64,000 nucleotides of DNA from Felis catus (taxonomy: Eukaryota): contig NC_058368.1 of NCBI RefSeq assembly GCF_018350175.1, positions 211,174,001 through 211,238,000 of the forward strand, read 5' to 3'. Numbering within the stretch: the first letter of the stretch is position 1; the number at the start of each line of letters is the position of its first letter. Positions 38,590 to 51,416 of this stretch are shown here, in pieces. The notes under the pieces are model-generated. The model worked only from the letters and a program-made list of their open reading frames with translations, had not been told where the DNA came from and did no database searches. Both the position numbers and the translations under genes were made by a program.

Positions 38590-39485
38590 TATTTTTTTCC
38601 ATGTTTGTATATAAATTCTAGTCAGTTAACATACAGTGTAATATTAGTTTCAGGTGCAGAATTGAATGATTCATACATACAACTTACATACAACACCCAG
38701 CACTCATCACAAGTACCCTCCTTAATACCCATCACCTATTTAGCAAATCCCCCCATCCACCTCCCGTCCAGCAACCCTCAATTTGTTCTCTATAGTTAAT
38801 AGTCTGTTTCTTGGTCTTCCTCTCTTTTTTCTCCCCCTTTGTGGTTTGTTTTGTTGCTTAAGTGCTTTTGTTTTTTTTAAATCATATGATATGTGTCTTT
38901 CTCTGACTGACTTCTTTCACTTAGCATGACACTCTCTAGCTCCAACCCCATTGTTGCACAAGGCAAGATTTTATTCTTTTTATGGCTGACTAATATTCCA
39001 TTGTAATCTTCTTTAGCCATTCATCCGTTGATGGACATTTGGGCTCCTTCCATGATTTGGCCAGTGTTGATAATGCTGCTATAAACTTTGGGTACATGTA
39101 TCCCTTCAAATTGGTATTTTTGTATTCTTTGAGAAAATCCCTAGTAGGGCAATTGCTGGATTATAGGGTAGTTCTATTTTTAACTTTTTGAGGAACCTCC
39201 ATACTGTGTTCCACAGTGGCTGCACCCGTTTGCATTCCCACCAACAGTGCAAGAGGGTTCCCCTTTCTCTGCATCCTCACCAACCTCTGTTGTTTCTTCT
39301 GTTGTTGATTTTAGCCATTCTGACAGGTGTGAGTTGATATCTCATTGTAGTTTTGTATTTCCCCGATAATGCATGATATTGAGCACCTTTTCGTGTGTCT
39401 GTTGTCCATCTGTATGTCTTCTTTAGGAAAATGTCTATTGCCCATTTTTTAACTGGATTATTTTTCTTCTTTACTTTTGGGTTAA
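38590..39485 (-). mobile_element. Carnivore L1 3' fragment
   Basis: Antisense 3' UTR and ORF2 tail ([19 protein letters not shown]). Confidence 0.92.
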
Positions 39486-39681
39486 CTGAACTAGCTCTTT
39501 CCATTCCTTTCCATATGTTGCCTCTGGTCTCCCATTTTAATAGTGCTCAGATTTGACTTGCCCTTGAAGAATGATTCTTGTGTGCTTTATTGGGTTATTT
39601 TCCCTTTGAAGGCTTCATACACCTATCACACACATGTATACACACTGCCATACATGATCTGTATCAGTTGCCAGAATTCTT

Positions 39682-39890
39682 TAAAATTTTTTTCATGTTT
39701 ATTTCTTTTTGAGAGAGACAGAATGCAAGTGGGTTAGGGGCAGAGAGAGAGGGAGACACAGTTTCCAAAGCAGGCTCCAGGCTCCGAGCTGTCAGCACAG
39801 AGCCCAACGCAGGACTCAAACTCAGGAGCTGTGAGATCATGACCTGAGCCGAAGTTGGACACTCAATCGACTAAACCATCCAGGCACCCC
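39682..39890 (-). mobile_element. CAN-SINE
   Basis: Perfect 18-bp TSD tcagttgccagaattctt at 39664-39681 and 39891-39908. Confidence 0.96.
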
Positions 39891-40099
39891 TCAGTTGCCA
39901 GAATTCTTGAAGCTTCCTTCTTAATCTGAGTGTATCTGACAATTCATCAAGACTAAAATCTAAACTTGGGGTAATGGCAGTAAACAAGAAAGAGCTTTGG
40001 TAAAGTCACCAATTGGCATTATCCCTGAAGTTCTGGTGCGGATGAGACTTATTTATTATCTTTTTAACTTCTGTGCCTTCTGATACATTACCACTTAAT

Positions 40100-40293
40100 A
40101 TCTTCTTATTTAATAGTCTATCTATTCCTGCTGAATCCCAGCCAGAATGTCAGTTGCTTCAGAGCATGGACTTGATCTGTTTATATTCACAGCTCTATCT
40201 TCAGAACCCAAAACACTGTGCTTGACAAATAGCAGGCAACCAATCAATGTTTGTTGAATAATAAATGGATGAATGAATGAGTGAATGAATGAA
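40100..40293 (+). mobile_element. L2 3' end
   Basis: ttcacagctctatcttcagaacccaaaacactgtgcttgaca...caatcaatgtttgttgaata...(gaat)n. Confidence 0.7.
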
Positions 40294-40344
40294 AAGCAGA
40301 GTGAAGTTTTGGTTGGATCACAGCCTTGGGCATCCAAGAAATTC

Positions 40345-40466
40345 CTGTTCAAGTTTGGTGATGCCACTTTCCAGCTATGAGGCTTCTCTGAATTTCAATT
40401 TCTTCATCAATAAAATGGGGATGGTAATGTTACCTACCTCATAGGTTTTGGGGGAGAATTAAATAA
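40345..40466 (+). mobile_element. MIR remnant (continues after the L1 and SINE, at about 41710 and 41950)
   Basis: tctctgaatttcaatttcttcatcaataaaatggggatggtaatgttacctacctcatagg. Confidence 0.65.
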
Positions 40467-40480
40467 GAGAATGACTATTA

Positions 40481-41695
40481 CTTTTTTAATTGATTTATTT
40501 AAATTCAAGTTAGTTAACATACTGTGTAGTATTGGTTTCAGGAATAGAACCCAGAATTTAGTGATTCATCACTTCCATATAACACCCAGTGCTCATCCCA
40601 ACAAGTGTCCTCATCAATGCCCATCACCCGTTTAGCCCAGCCCCTACCCACCTCCCCTCCAGCAACCCTCAGTTTGTTCTCTGTACTTAAGAATCTATTA
40701 TGGTTTGCCTGCCTCTCTGTTTGTATCTCATTTTTCCTTCCCTTCCCCTATGTTCATCTGTTGTTGTTGTTGTTGTTGTTTTTTAATTTATTTATTTATT
40801 TTGAGAGAGACAGAAATAGTATGAGTGGGGGAGGGGCAGAGAGAGGGAGAGAAAGAGAATCCCAAGCAGGCTCAACCCTGCCAGGGCAGAGCCACGAGAT
40901 CATGACCTGAGCAGAAACCAAGAGTCAGACACTTAACCAACCAACCCACCCAGGCACCCCCATCTGTTGTGTATCTTAAATTACACATATGAGGGAAATA
41001 TGATATTTATCTTTCTCTAACTGACTTATTTCACTTAGCATAATACACTCTAGTTCCATCCACATTGTTGCAAATGGCAAGATTTCATTTTTTTGATTGC
41101 TGAATAATATTTCATTGTGTGTGTGTGTATATATATATATCACATCTTCTTTACCCAGTCATCAGTCAGTGGACATTTGGGCTCTTTTCATAATTTAGCT
41201 ATTTTTTATAATGCTGCTATAAACATTGGGGTGCATGTGTCCCTTCAAATCAGCATTTTTATATCCTTTGTAGTGCAATTCTGGGTCATAAGGTAGAAGA
41301 TATTTGTAAATGACCTATTGGATAAAAAGGTCAGTATCCAAAATCTGTAAAGAACTTGTCAAAAACTCAACATCCCCCCCAAAAATAATCCGGTGAAGCA
41401 ATGGGCAGAAGATATGAATAGACACTTTTCCAAAGAAGACATCCAGATAGTTAACAGACAGATGAAAAGATGCTCAACATCACTCATTATCAGAGCAATA
41501 CAAATCAAAACCGCAATGAGATACCACCTCACACCTGTTAGAATGGCTAAAATGAACAACTCAGGAAACAATAGATGTTGGCAAGAATGCAGAGAAAGGG
41601 GAACACTTTTGCACTGTCGATGGGAATGTAAACTGGTGCAGCCACTCTGGGAAACAGTATGGAGTTTACTCAAAAATTAAAAAGAGAGAGAGAGG
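40481..41695 (-). mobile_element. Carnivore L1 with 5' inversion (twin priming), containing a CAN-SINE
   Basis: Antisense 3' end 40481-41296, then sense ORF2 segment about 41295-41683; TSD gagaatg(a/c)ctatta at 40467-40480 and 41696-41709. Confidence 0.9.
40764..40960 (-). mobile_element. CAN-SINE inside L1, with (TTG)n at the tail
   Basis: Ends cacccaggcacccc; TSD catctgttg. Confidence 0.92.
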
Positions 41696-41723
41696 GAGAA
41701 TGCCTATTAAAATTCTTAGCACA

Positions 41724-41935
41724 GGGGCGCCTGGGTGGCTCAGTCAGTTAAGTGTCTGACTTCGGCTCAGGTCATGATCTTACAGCTTGGGGGTTCAAGC
41801 CCTGCATTAGGCTCTGTGCTGATAGCTCGGAGCCTGGAGCCTGCTTCGGATTCTGTATCTCCCTCTCTCTCTCTGCCCCTCCTCCACTCTCTCTCTCTCT
41901 CTCAAAAAATAAATAAACATTTAAAAAAAAGTTTT
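41724..41935 (+). mobile_element. CAN-SINE
   Basis: ggggcgcctgggtggctcag head; TSD aaaattcttagcaca. Confidence 0.96.
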
Positions 41936-42497
41936 AAAATTCTTAGCACAGTAGCTGCCATATTTTCAGAACTAGATAAATGTTGACTATTACATCTCTT
42001 CTTTTCAGTGAAAATCCTCAAATGTTGAAGCTTATTAGAGATAATTGAACTAATTTAATGACTAGTAGTTATGGCTGTACAGAAGACAAATTAGTTTCAT
42101 TAATCTGTCAGCAAGATTTTACTTATAGAGCCATATTGACAAAACATGTATCAGTCACACCTACCATGTTTAAAACATTATACTAGGATTTCAGGAGTGG
42201 GCAAGACACAAGGATGGATATGACATAGTCTCTTTCCTCTAGGAACATAAAATCTAGAGGACCCCCTATGTGTGCTGTACTATGCTACATAAATAAAAAT
42301 ATGAGAGACTGTTGCCTCCCACATCATCTGACTGACTTTTTGTGCTTTGCAGAAAATTATTCTCTAACACTTAACCTTTTGTTTAAAACCTTACAATGAG
42401 CAACCCACTGCCTCATGAAACATATCACTCTACTTGGAAATGGTAGTCACCATTGGAAAGATTTTCCTTGAAATTTGCCACAAATCTGCCTTTCTCT

Positions 42498-42731
42498 GGG
42501 GCACCTGGGTGGCTCAGTCGGTTAAGCATTCTGACTTTGGCTCAGGTAATAATCTCGCCGTTTGTGATTTTTGAGTCCCACGTCGCGCTCTGTGCTGACC
42601 TCTTGGAGCCTGGAGCCTGCTTCAGATTCTATATCTACCTCTCACGCTGCCCCGCCCCCACTTGCGTTCTGTCTCTCTCAAAAATAAATAAACATTTTTA
42701 AAATTTTTTAAATCTTAAAAAAAAAAAAAAA
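42498..42731 (+). mobile_element. CAN-SINE
   Basis: Head ggggcacctgggtggctcagtcgg, poly-A; TSD aaa(t/c)ctgcctttct. Confidence 0.95.
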
Positions 42732-42812
42732 CCTGCCTTTCTGGAATTTCTATACATTGATCCAACTTCTGCCTTCTGGACACACCCAGAATTTTTTTTT
42801 TTCCTTTATACA

Positions 42813-42970
42813 TCAGAGGTTAGCTAAGTAAGGCCTACAGGCAAATCCAGCTACTTGTTTGTTTTTGTAAATAAAGTTTGTTGGAACACAGCCAAGCCTA
42901 TTAGTTTATCGGTTGTCTGTGGCTGCTTTTGCACAATAACAGACTAGTTGCAATAGAGAACTTATGGCTT
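42813..42970. mobile_element. MER58-type hAT-Charlie fragment
   Basis: tttttgtaaataaagtttgttggaacacagcca...tgtctgtggctgctttt. Confidence 0.7.
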
Positions 42971-43019
42971 CTTTGATCTCTGCTGTATATGGCAGACCTT
43001 GAAACAATTAATATGTCTT

Positions 43020-43310
43020 CACTTAAAGTGGGAAGCCTAGAACTGTGCCTAGATCTCCGGGTGGGAGCTAATGAAGGCAGAATGAAGGCTCAGTATCACC
43101 TCCCTTGTCCTGGACACTGTACTTCTAATTATGTGGCCAGAGATTAGGTTGGCTTTTGACTGACACAGAATACTAGAGTGTATAAAGGACTCCATTTCTG
43201 AGATTATTTTCCCCAGGAGCTTCTGTTAAGTTATGCATCCCCACCTTGCAGTGGTGTAGCATAGTGTTAGAAACTATGCACAAAACTTTCCATCTTTCCA
43301 GCCTGTCCAG
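43020..43310 (-). mobile_element. Possible L3/CR1 remnant
   Basis: agaactgtgcctagatctcc...tatcacctcccttgtcctggacactgtacttcta. Confidence 0.35.
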
Positions 43311-43346
43311 AGAAATCATAAAACAATTTAGCGTATATTAAAGGGC

Positions 43347-43790
43347 TGTATTGGTCAGGGTCAGACAAGAAGAAGATGTTCTACTCAAGCTAGGATTTTT
43401 TAAGAAAATATGATAAAGAGACCATTGACATACCTGTGGGCAGGGTTGAGAGAACTAACAAGGGAATTTGTCACCACCCTTTCTCCATAAAGGTGAATGG
43501 GGAGGGAGGGATTTTGTTGGGACTCATGGAAGCTGGAGCCATGGAAGAAGGGCTGCCCAACTGGAGCTGCGGTGGTAGAGACACAACCACTGCCAGAACT
43601 AAGCTACGAGGAAGGCGGGGAGGGAGGGAAATACTTCCCTGATGTGCTCTTCCCCCACCCTCTGCTGCCATGGATGGAGCCCAACCTGAAGCTAAAGGGC
43701 AAGAGAGCCACCCAAGTCACCCCCCATAGGGTGTGCCCCCATAGGGCACAGAGCAAGACTGAGTATATGCAGAAGTTGGGGCAGAGAATG
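43347..43790 (-). mobile_element. Possible old LTR (MaLR/ERVL-like)
   Basis: tgtattggtcaggg start; ggagcccaacctgaagctaaagggcaagagagcc...agggcacagagcaag. Confidence 0.35.
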
Positions 43791-44196
43791 ACAAAAGCTA
43801 AATGATGTGCCAGGTACTTAATAAATGCTGAATGAGTAAACAGATGAATGAATGAAGTGAGCCCAAGGTCTGTTGTTCAATTAATGTTTGTTGAACTGCA
43901 AAATGAGTGGGAAGACAGTGGTCTCCTTTATGCCCTCTTGCCTCAGAACTATCACTGGTACTGCTTGGCATTCCAGATTTTCTACCCCCAATGGAGCCTT
44001 TGTCCTGTGCTCCACTCCCTCTGCACCTTCCCTAGCCTCAGCTGACCACTTAGGGCTTCCTGCAAGAGTGTAAAAAGAGTCTGGATCCTTCTGAACAGAC
44101 CTAGGACATTATCAAAAAGAGGGCAGTAAGTCTTGAAATTATTCTCAGAATTTTAAATGCATTCTAGAATGTTCAGAGTTTTATAAATGAAAACCA

Positions 44197-44320
44197 GGGG
44201 TGCCTGACTGGCTCAGTTGGTACAGCATGAAACTCTTGATATCAAGGTTGTAAGTTCAAACCCCACATTTGTTATAAAGATTACTTAAAAATAAAATCTT
44301 AAAAAAAAAAGGAAAAGAAA
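44197..44320 (+). mobile_element. Short CAN-SINE (SINEC_c-like, tRNA-Lys derived)
   Basis: ggggtgcctgactggctcagttggtacagcatgaaactcttgat...gttcaaacccca...acttaaaaataaaatcttaaaa. Confidence 0.85.
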
Positions 44321-45244
44321 AATTCAGCATCACTGCACTACATGGAGAGAAATTGGTGGCTTTCGAGAAAGCTGCCCCAGACATATGTGTGACAGACTCT
44401 GGATTCACCAGACACCTCATTATCAAGTGCCTTGGGGCTGGCTGTTTGATGTTCAAGTGGCCTTCGTCACATCATAGCCTTCTATTGCAAAGATGTCTGG
44501 GCTCTCCATTCATTTTGGTAGTATCAGTAATGTTGAGATAGTGGGGTGTGTGTGAGAGAGATCCTCAGTGGCCCGCTTGTCACGTCCTCCTCCATCAGCT
44601 GGATCAGCATGGAGAGTATTCAGCACTTAATTCCTCGAAGGATATTCCTAAGGGTTCTGAATTTTGAAGAAATAAAAATTATTTGAAGGCATTATTTGGT
44701 CTGCTACTCTAGCTAGACTGTTTTATCAAGGAGCGTGCAAGACAGGATCGGGCACTAAATTAGGAATTGCTGTCCATACACCAAAGCAAATTTTAAAAAG
44801 TTAAGTGCAGACACGTATGGGCCAATTTTGTATTCAAGTCCTGAAATCGTTTTTGTTCTCACAGTGGTACAACTAGCAGTTGTCACCTTGTGCCCCACAG
44901 ACTGAGGCCAGTTTCCAGAGTTTAAAATGTCCTATATAAAACCCAGGGCCAGATATATTGGAAGGAGCAAGGTGGGAACCGTGATCCGTGATGGACATAG
45001 TCTAAGTGGGACAAGCCCATACCTGACAGTCCAATGATCAACTTTGTCCTCACCAAAAGTTAGTCACACTTTGAAAAGCATTCTTTAGCCAGTGCTCCTG
45101 TGTTCCATGAGATAGAATCAAACCTGAGCTTCATGTTGGAGTGGCCAAATGCCCAAAGTCAGCCATGGCTGTGATGGGACTTGTGAATAAATTTTACTCA
45201 AGGTCTCTAGGACCAAATTTCATAAAACCTATCCCAATTAGGAT

Positions 45245-45529
45245 GACTGTCAAAGTTTGAGTAAGACCTAAAGATTAGATAGTGGTGCTGTATCAGTGTT
45301 AATTTTCTGATTTTAATCATTACACTGTTAAGGTAAGAGAATAACCTTATTCTTGGGAAAACACACTGACATATTTAGGGATTAAGCGGCACCATGACTG
45401 AGGTGCCTGGCTGGCTCACTTGGTCAAGCATCTGACTCTTGATTTCATTCAGCTCAGATGATGATCTCACAGTTCATGAATTTGAGCCCCACGTTGGGCT
45501 CTGTGCTGATGGTGCAGAGCCTGCTTGGG

Positions 45530-45577
<48 letters not shown>

Positions 45578-45835
45578 CTGCTCTCTCTCTTTCTCTCTCA
45601 AAAGAAACAAATAACTTTTAAAAACTTTTTAAAAAGGGGCCTCATGACTGCAACTTATTCTCAAGTGATTCAGAAAAAGTAATAATTTGTGTATGCGGAG
45701 ACAAAAGAATAAGTTAAATGTAAAATATTTAACTGTTAGGGTATCTGAGTGAAAGGTTTATGGGCTTTTACTTTTTTATGATTTTTGCAACTTTTCTGTA
45801 CGTTTCAAATTACTTCATAATAAAGTTGCCAAAAA
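45245..45835 (+). mobile_element. Old L1M (L1MD/ME-like) 3' UTR, split by a CAN-SINE
   Basis: tgtatcagtgttaattttctgattttaatcatt...ttttgcaacttttctgtacgtttcaaatt. Confidence 0.65.
45400..45637 (+). mobile_element. CAN-SINE
   Basis: Head, long (CT)n, tail; TSD ggc(ac/ct)catgactg. Confidence 0.93.
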
Positions 45836-47102
45836 ACGAATTGCAAAAAACTAGGGCTGTCGTCTGCCTGTCACTGAAGTGCAGTGATGGTGGTCAAGCT
45901 GGGGCCATAGATTGAGTCAGAAATGATGTCTCCTCTTCTGTCATCCTCAAACTAAGATGAGTCATTTTCTCTTTCAGCTAAAGCACTCTTCTATTCATGG
46001 AGGTGAAAACTAAGGAAGGTTTCCACATGAACCCTGAAGGTAAGGGGAACTTGATCACGTGTCCTTCTGTCACATCACCCATCGGTCCTGCTGTCCATTT
46101 CAACCAGGGCAGGGACTCACGTATCTTGGCTCACAGAGCAAATAATTCCAAAACAGTCATCATCTACATGGTCTCATGCTGCTGTTCTCAAAGACCCTTT
46201 AATCTTCTGAGCCTGTCCTGCTCAGAGAAACCTTCTCTTTTTCTAAAGGAATATACCAAAACTCTCATATCTTTTATGAGAGATTTTTATTTTCTTCTTC
46301 TGTTTTCTGTACTTGAGAGATTTTCAACAATAACTGTGTTACTTTGAAAATCAAGAAAAAGAAATATTATTCTTGTTTTCCCAAGCAGCTCTACATAAAT
46401 TCTTGCCATAGCTTTCTGTGCCCCTCTTAGCCCCCTAATACGGTCACTGCTGCATGTCTCCTCCCTCCCACCTCAATGACAGACCTCATGGAAAGACTCA
46501 TATGCACCAGGCCCTGGATCTTCTCCATCTACCATTAGCAAGGGAAATCATTTCATGGCCCAATGGTCCCCTGAGTCCCAGGCACAATCTGCTGGCTTGG
46601 ACCTCACAAGCTACTGGTTGCCTCTCCCCACCTACAATATCCTATTGCCATTTTGGCATCGGAATTAGGTAGACGTATTTAACTCACATTTTCCCTCTTC
46701 ATCCCAATTCAAATACCATGCCCTTATTCCATCTCCTTAGGATACCAGGCCCAGCTGACAAATTCATCATATGAAGTATTAAGACTCCATTTTACATATG
46801 GAGAAACCAAGCCATATGGCTTGCCTCTGTATCTACTACAGCAAAATGGGACCTAGACCCACTGAGACCAACGTGACTGTGTAACCCTGAGAATGCACTC
46901 TTGTCTTTCAGAGGAATTAAAGACTCTTGAAGATGTGAAACTGGGCCATTGGTAGAAGAAACTTGTGGCCAAAATTGTCCTAGGATTTCCTGAGACCACC
47001 TCAGGATATTTACTAGTTTTCCAACATTGAAAAAGTGATAGCCCTTTGAAGGTCATATGGCACTTCACTGTCAAAAACCAAGCCTGAGCTTTCCATTTGG
47101 GC

Positions 47103-47399
47103 CAGAAGTTCTCAACTTGAGCACTGTTGAAATTCTGGGCCAGATAATTCTTTGTCATGGAGGCTGTTCTGCTCATCCCTGAGATCTCAGCAGCATCCCT
47201 AACCTCTAGATGCCACTAAGACACCACCCCCACCCTGCTTGTAACAATCAACAATGTCCCCAGATATTCCCTAAGGTTCCAGGGAGGACAAAATGTCCCC
47301 CCTAGTGATGATAATAAAATAACACTTCTAGACATTACCAAATGTCCCCTGGGTAGGGGCAGGGGGAAGCACAGTCTGCCCCATGGAGAACCACCACTG
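47103..47399. mobile_element. MER20-type hAT-Charlie MITE
   Basis: cagaagttctcaac...ggccagataattctttgt...cagcagcatccct...gacattaccaaatgtcccctggg...gagaaccaccactg. Confidence 0.8.
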
Positions 47400-48654
47400 T
47401 AAGTTACCTCAGCCCAGCAAGAACTTCTGCTTTTCATACAAATGGACTGAAATTCATAGTATCTGGAGTAAAATTAGCAAAGACTTGCAGAAGGACTGCC
47501 ATGAGTTGTCAGAATGAATGCTGTGGCACAACAGGACCCTATGCCATAATGTACCCTTCCCGGGAGTATGTGACGACATTGCAGCGAGTGAATCAACTAG
47601 CCAGACAACCAGCCTCTATGTGTTTCTACTTTCTGGGTTTCTGCCCCTTGATGCCAAATGCCTCATAGGATTTGTTTGAGTGAAACACAAGCAAAGGAGA
47701 ACAGGGTAGCGCTGAATAATGTGAGTAGTCCTTCCATTCATGAGGGCAAAGAGATCCAGAAAAAGCACTGTGTAGTCTTAACTATGTTGCAAAGCACCAG
47801 GGGGATTTGGCTGCTATTTTTTATTTTATAGACCACATTATTGCACTAAAGATGTAGTGATCTCCAGTGATTTCATAAAGTTTGATATTTTTCAACAAGT
47901 AGAAACCCATTCTTGGCAGTGGTTTGATGGGAAATCCCTTTTTCCATTCCTCAAAGAGTGTAGAGCAAGTGAGGCTGTGGCCGCAGGTTTACCCATGGTA
48001 CCACGTGGTGAACCAAGGCCCCAAGAATAAATCCCGAAGTACAAGTATTGGAATACAGTCTTCCTGCTCATCTCCAAGCATGCCTCTTTTTTCCCTGGCT
48101 GTTCTCCGTCCCCCACACCCACCTCTCTTTATCCTCCATCATTTATCCCACTGAGTGTTTGGTTTGAAAGGCTACCTCTGCTACCCATGAATATCTGTGA
48201 AAACACAGGCAAGAATCTAAGAACAGTTGCACGGTTGTCGAAGAAAAGCAGAAATATGGCTCAGTTTCAGGGTGAGAAGAACATCCAGAAAGCAATGTTC
48301 TTAAAGGAATCCAGGGAGAAAAATCTCTCTAAAAGAGAGATTGCAGTTCCTGGCCAGGATTCCACCAAAAGTGCCATAGTCCATTTTGTGGCCTTTAATC
48401 TGGTTTTTGGTCTCTTTACCTTAATTATTAACCCTTCAGTCTTGTCCCAATGTGATCACTCCCTAACAAGCTCTCCCTAGCAACCTCCTCCCAAGGGTGG
48501 AACAGAACGTCACTCTGACTGGCATGCCAGGTTCTTTTGCAAGAGCTTGGCATCCTCTGGGCTCTCCCCATTCCATCTCTCCCACATTCAGCCTTTTCCC
48601 AAGCTCCCATCTGCACAACTCTGACCTGATTGCAGTGATGGAGGTATTGAACTC

Positions 48655-48786
48655 CAGCCCCACTGTGTCCAGTACACTAGCCATTAGCCACATGCAGCAA
48701 TTTACATGTAAATTCTTTGAAAATAACTTTTAAAACTCAGTTCCTCAGTCACACTGGCTACATTTCAAATGCTCAATAGCCACATA
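48655..48786. mobile_element. MER3/MER33-type hAT-Charlie fragment
   Basis: tagccattagccacatg...cagttcctcagtcacactggctacatttcaaatgctcaatagccacat. Confidence 0.75.
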
Positions 48787-49289
48787 CTCCTCTAGCCTGA
48801 GGCTGTTACTGGCAATGGGGAGTTCTGGGAAGGAGGTTCTGGAGAAGAAGCCTAAAATTACCAGTTGTGTAGGGAGGGATAGAAAAGAGTACAAGGAACA
48901 AAATTCCAAAGGGGAAATGAAGGGGGACCAAAGGAAAACTGGATATCCTTTGCCAAAGGCCCAAACCTAACCAAATATACATCTACTCCATCACAAAGCT
49001 CTCTATGTTGACACTTGCAAATAAAGGAGCCACTGGGGTCAGCTTTGGGTCCTGCTTCCTTCATTGTATGGCCCCTGGATTCTGTGGGCTCCTTTTGAAG
49101 CAAGAGACAAAAGCAAAGGGGAAAATGTAACCAGCAGTGTCTGCCATGCCCAGTTATACCCAGAGCTGTGGATAGGAAGGAGGGGCTTTCTACCCCTCAT
49201 CCCTGAAGCAACCTCCCCAGAGAAGCCCCCTGTTTCCTCCACCAGGTCACATCTTCCCACTGTTGGCTTGCATGGCACCTGCAGAACTC

Positions 49290-49490
49290 CCTTAATACTT
49301 GTGTCAAGTACATGTAAGTGTTTTACTAGCTTCTCTCCACTACCAGACTAAGTACTAAGGGGGTTGTTTGAGCAAAACACCATGTTCTCAGGCCCCTGCC
49401 CATGACTGTTGCACCATAGATGCTCAGTGAATATTTGTTGAAAGATGGATTGATGAGTGGATGGGTGGATGGATAAATGGATGGGTGAGT
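49290..49490 (+). mobile_element. L2 3' end
   Basis: catagatgctcagtgaatatttgttgaa followed by degenerate (ggat)n. Confidence 0.55.
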
Positions 49491-50351
49491 GTTCTAGCCA
49501 CTATACTAGGTATACCCTGCCTTTTTCTGAAAATGCATTAAAAAGGGCTGAATCTTGGTTTTCCTTCTTCCTCCCCATTCTCACTTACTGGGTCTGTCCT
49601 GCGAGTATTTATTGTTCCACCCCCAATCCCAGCCTAATTCAAGGACCTTGGCCATTACATCTTTGATTGGACAAGTGAGTTTTTGTTAAGAAAGGGCTTC
49701 TTCTGAGGGAAGCTGAGTAAAGGGGAAAGAAGAAAAAAGAGTGAATATAAGCCACTAAGAGAGACAAGTAATTATCTTGCTGCATCAGTAGCTCACATGT
49801 TTTGAATGAAGAAGCAGGTTTGAAAGAACATATTGTACATGACTGAGAAGGGTTGATTTAATCCAGTAGAGATGGGATGTGCTTGTATAAGAGATGGACC
49901 AAAGTGAGGGGATGTAAGGGGACTTGGGGACTGGTAGTGGTTTCAAGAGGTGGCAGAGATGCTCTGACTTTCTGACAACAGGCAAGGAGGTGGGGCTTTA
50001 ACCCTTGCACCCATCTGCTGCCCCACCTCTCCACCACCCTTTGAACTTCCAGATCCTCCTACTTTATACACCAAGGATGACCAGAAGCTGAGGGGCCAAG
50101 GTAAAACAAGTGCCCAGCTTCTGAGAGAACCCTACTGAACTTCTTAATAAGATGACCCCACCCTTCTCTGAGGCTCTGAAAGAGTTTTCCCATTAAATTG
50201 CCTTTCAACAACTTGTCAGAAGCTTAATGGCAAATAAAATATCCCTGGGTATTTTAAATAACCGTCAGGTGGACACAGTAATGGAATTCAGAGAAGTGGA
50301 GAGAATTCTTAAAAACAAAGGAACAGGCTGTGGGACATCAGGAACTATTGT

Positions 50352-50474
50352 GGGGTGCCTGGATGGCTCCATCAGTTGAGCATCTGACTCTTGATATTGG
50401 CTCAGGTCATGGTCCCAGGATCATGAGATAGAGCCCCTCATGGGGCTCTGTGATGAGCATGGACCCTGCTTGAG

Positions 50475-50520
<46 letters not shown>

Positions 50521-50550
50521 CCTCTCCCACTCACACATGCACCAGTACAG

Positions 50551-50608
<58 letters not shown>

Positions 50609-50655
50609 TCTCAAAAATAAATAAATAAACATTTTCAAAAATTTGAAAAAAAAAG
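50352..50655 (+). mobile_element. CAN-SINE with two long (CT)n tracts
   Basis: Head ggggtgcctggatggctc; TSD gaactattg. Confidence 0.94.
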
Positions 50656-50912
50656 AACTATTGCAATCACTCTTTACTGTTTGGTGGGAGACGGGGCTTA
50701 TGCTCAACCACACACACTAACACAGGGAGATTGGCTGTCAGCAGCTGCTGAAACTTTTGCCACGATGCAAATAAGCCATTTCTGTATTCCCCAAGTGGGG
50801 ACCTTTTCCATGTATTTACACCATGAAAGGACAGGTTTTTATTAGGAGATTGTTTTTGTGGTATTAAAATTTTTTATTGAGACTTTTCCCCCCTCAATTA
50901 TAAAAGTAATAA

Positions 50913-51371
50913 CTTTTTTTGTTGTTTGTTTTTAATTTTATTTTTTATTTTTTTAAAATTTACATCCAAATTAGTTAGCATATAGTGAAACAATGATTTC
51001 AGGAGTAGATTCCTTAATGCCCCTTACCCATTTAGCCCATCTCCCCCCCCACAACCCCTCCAGTGACCCTCAGTTTGTTCTCCATATTTATGAGTCTCTT
51101 CTGTTTTGTCCCCCTCCCTGTTTTTATATTATTTTTGTTTCCCTTCCCTTATGTTCATCTGTTTTGTCTCTTAAAGTCCTCATATGAGTGAAGTCATATG
51201 ATTTTTGTCTTTCTGGGACCAATTTCACTTAGCATAATACCCTCCGGTTCCATCCACGTAGTTGCAAATGGCAGTATTTCATTCTTTTTTGATTTCCAAG
51301 TAATACTCCATTGTGTATGTATGTGTATATATATATATATACACATACATACACAATGGAGTATTACTTGG

Positions 51372-51416
<45 letters not shown>

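Noticed and set aside
44197..44270. tRNA-Lys-like sequence
   Set aside because: Degenerate and followed by a SINE-type body and A tail; a short CAN-SINE, not a tRNA gene
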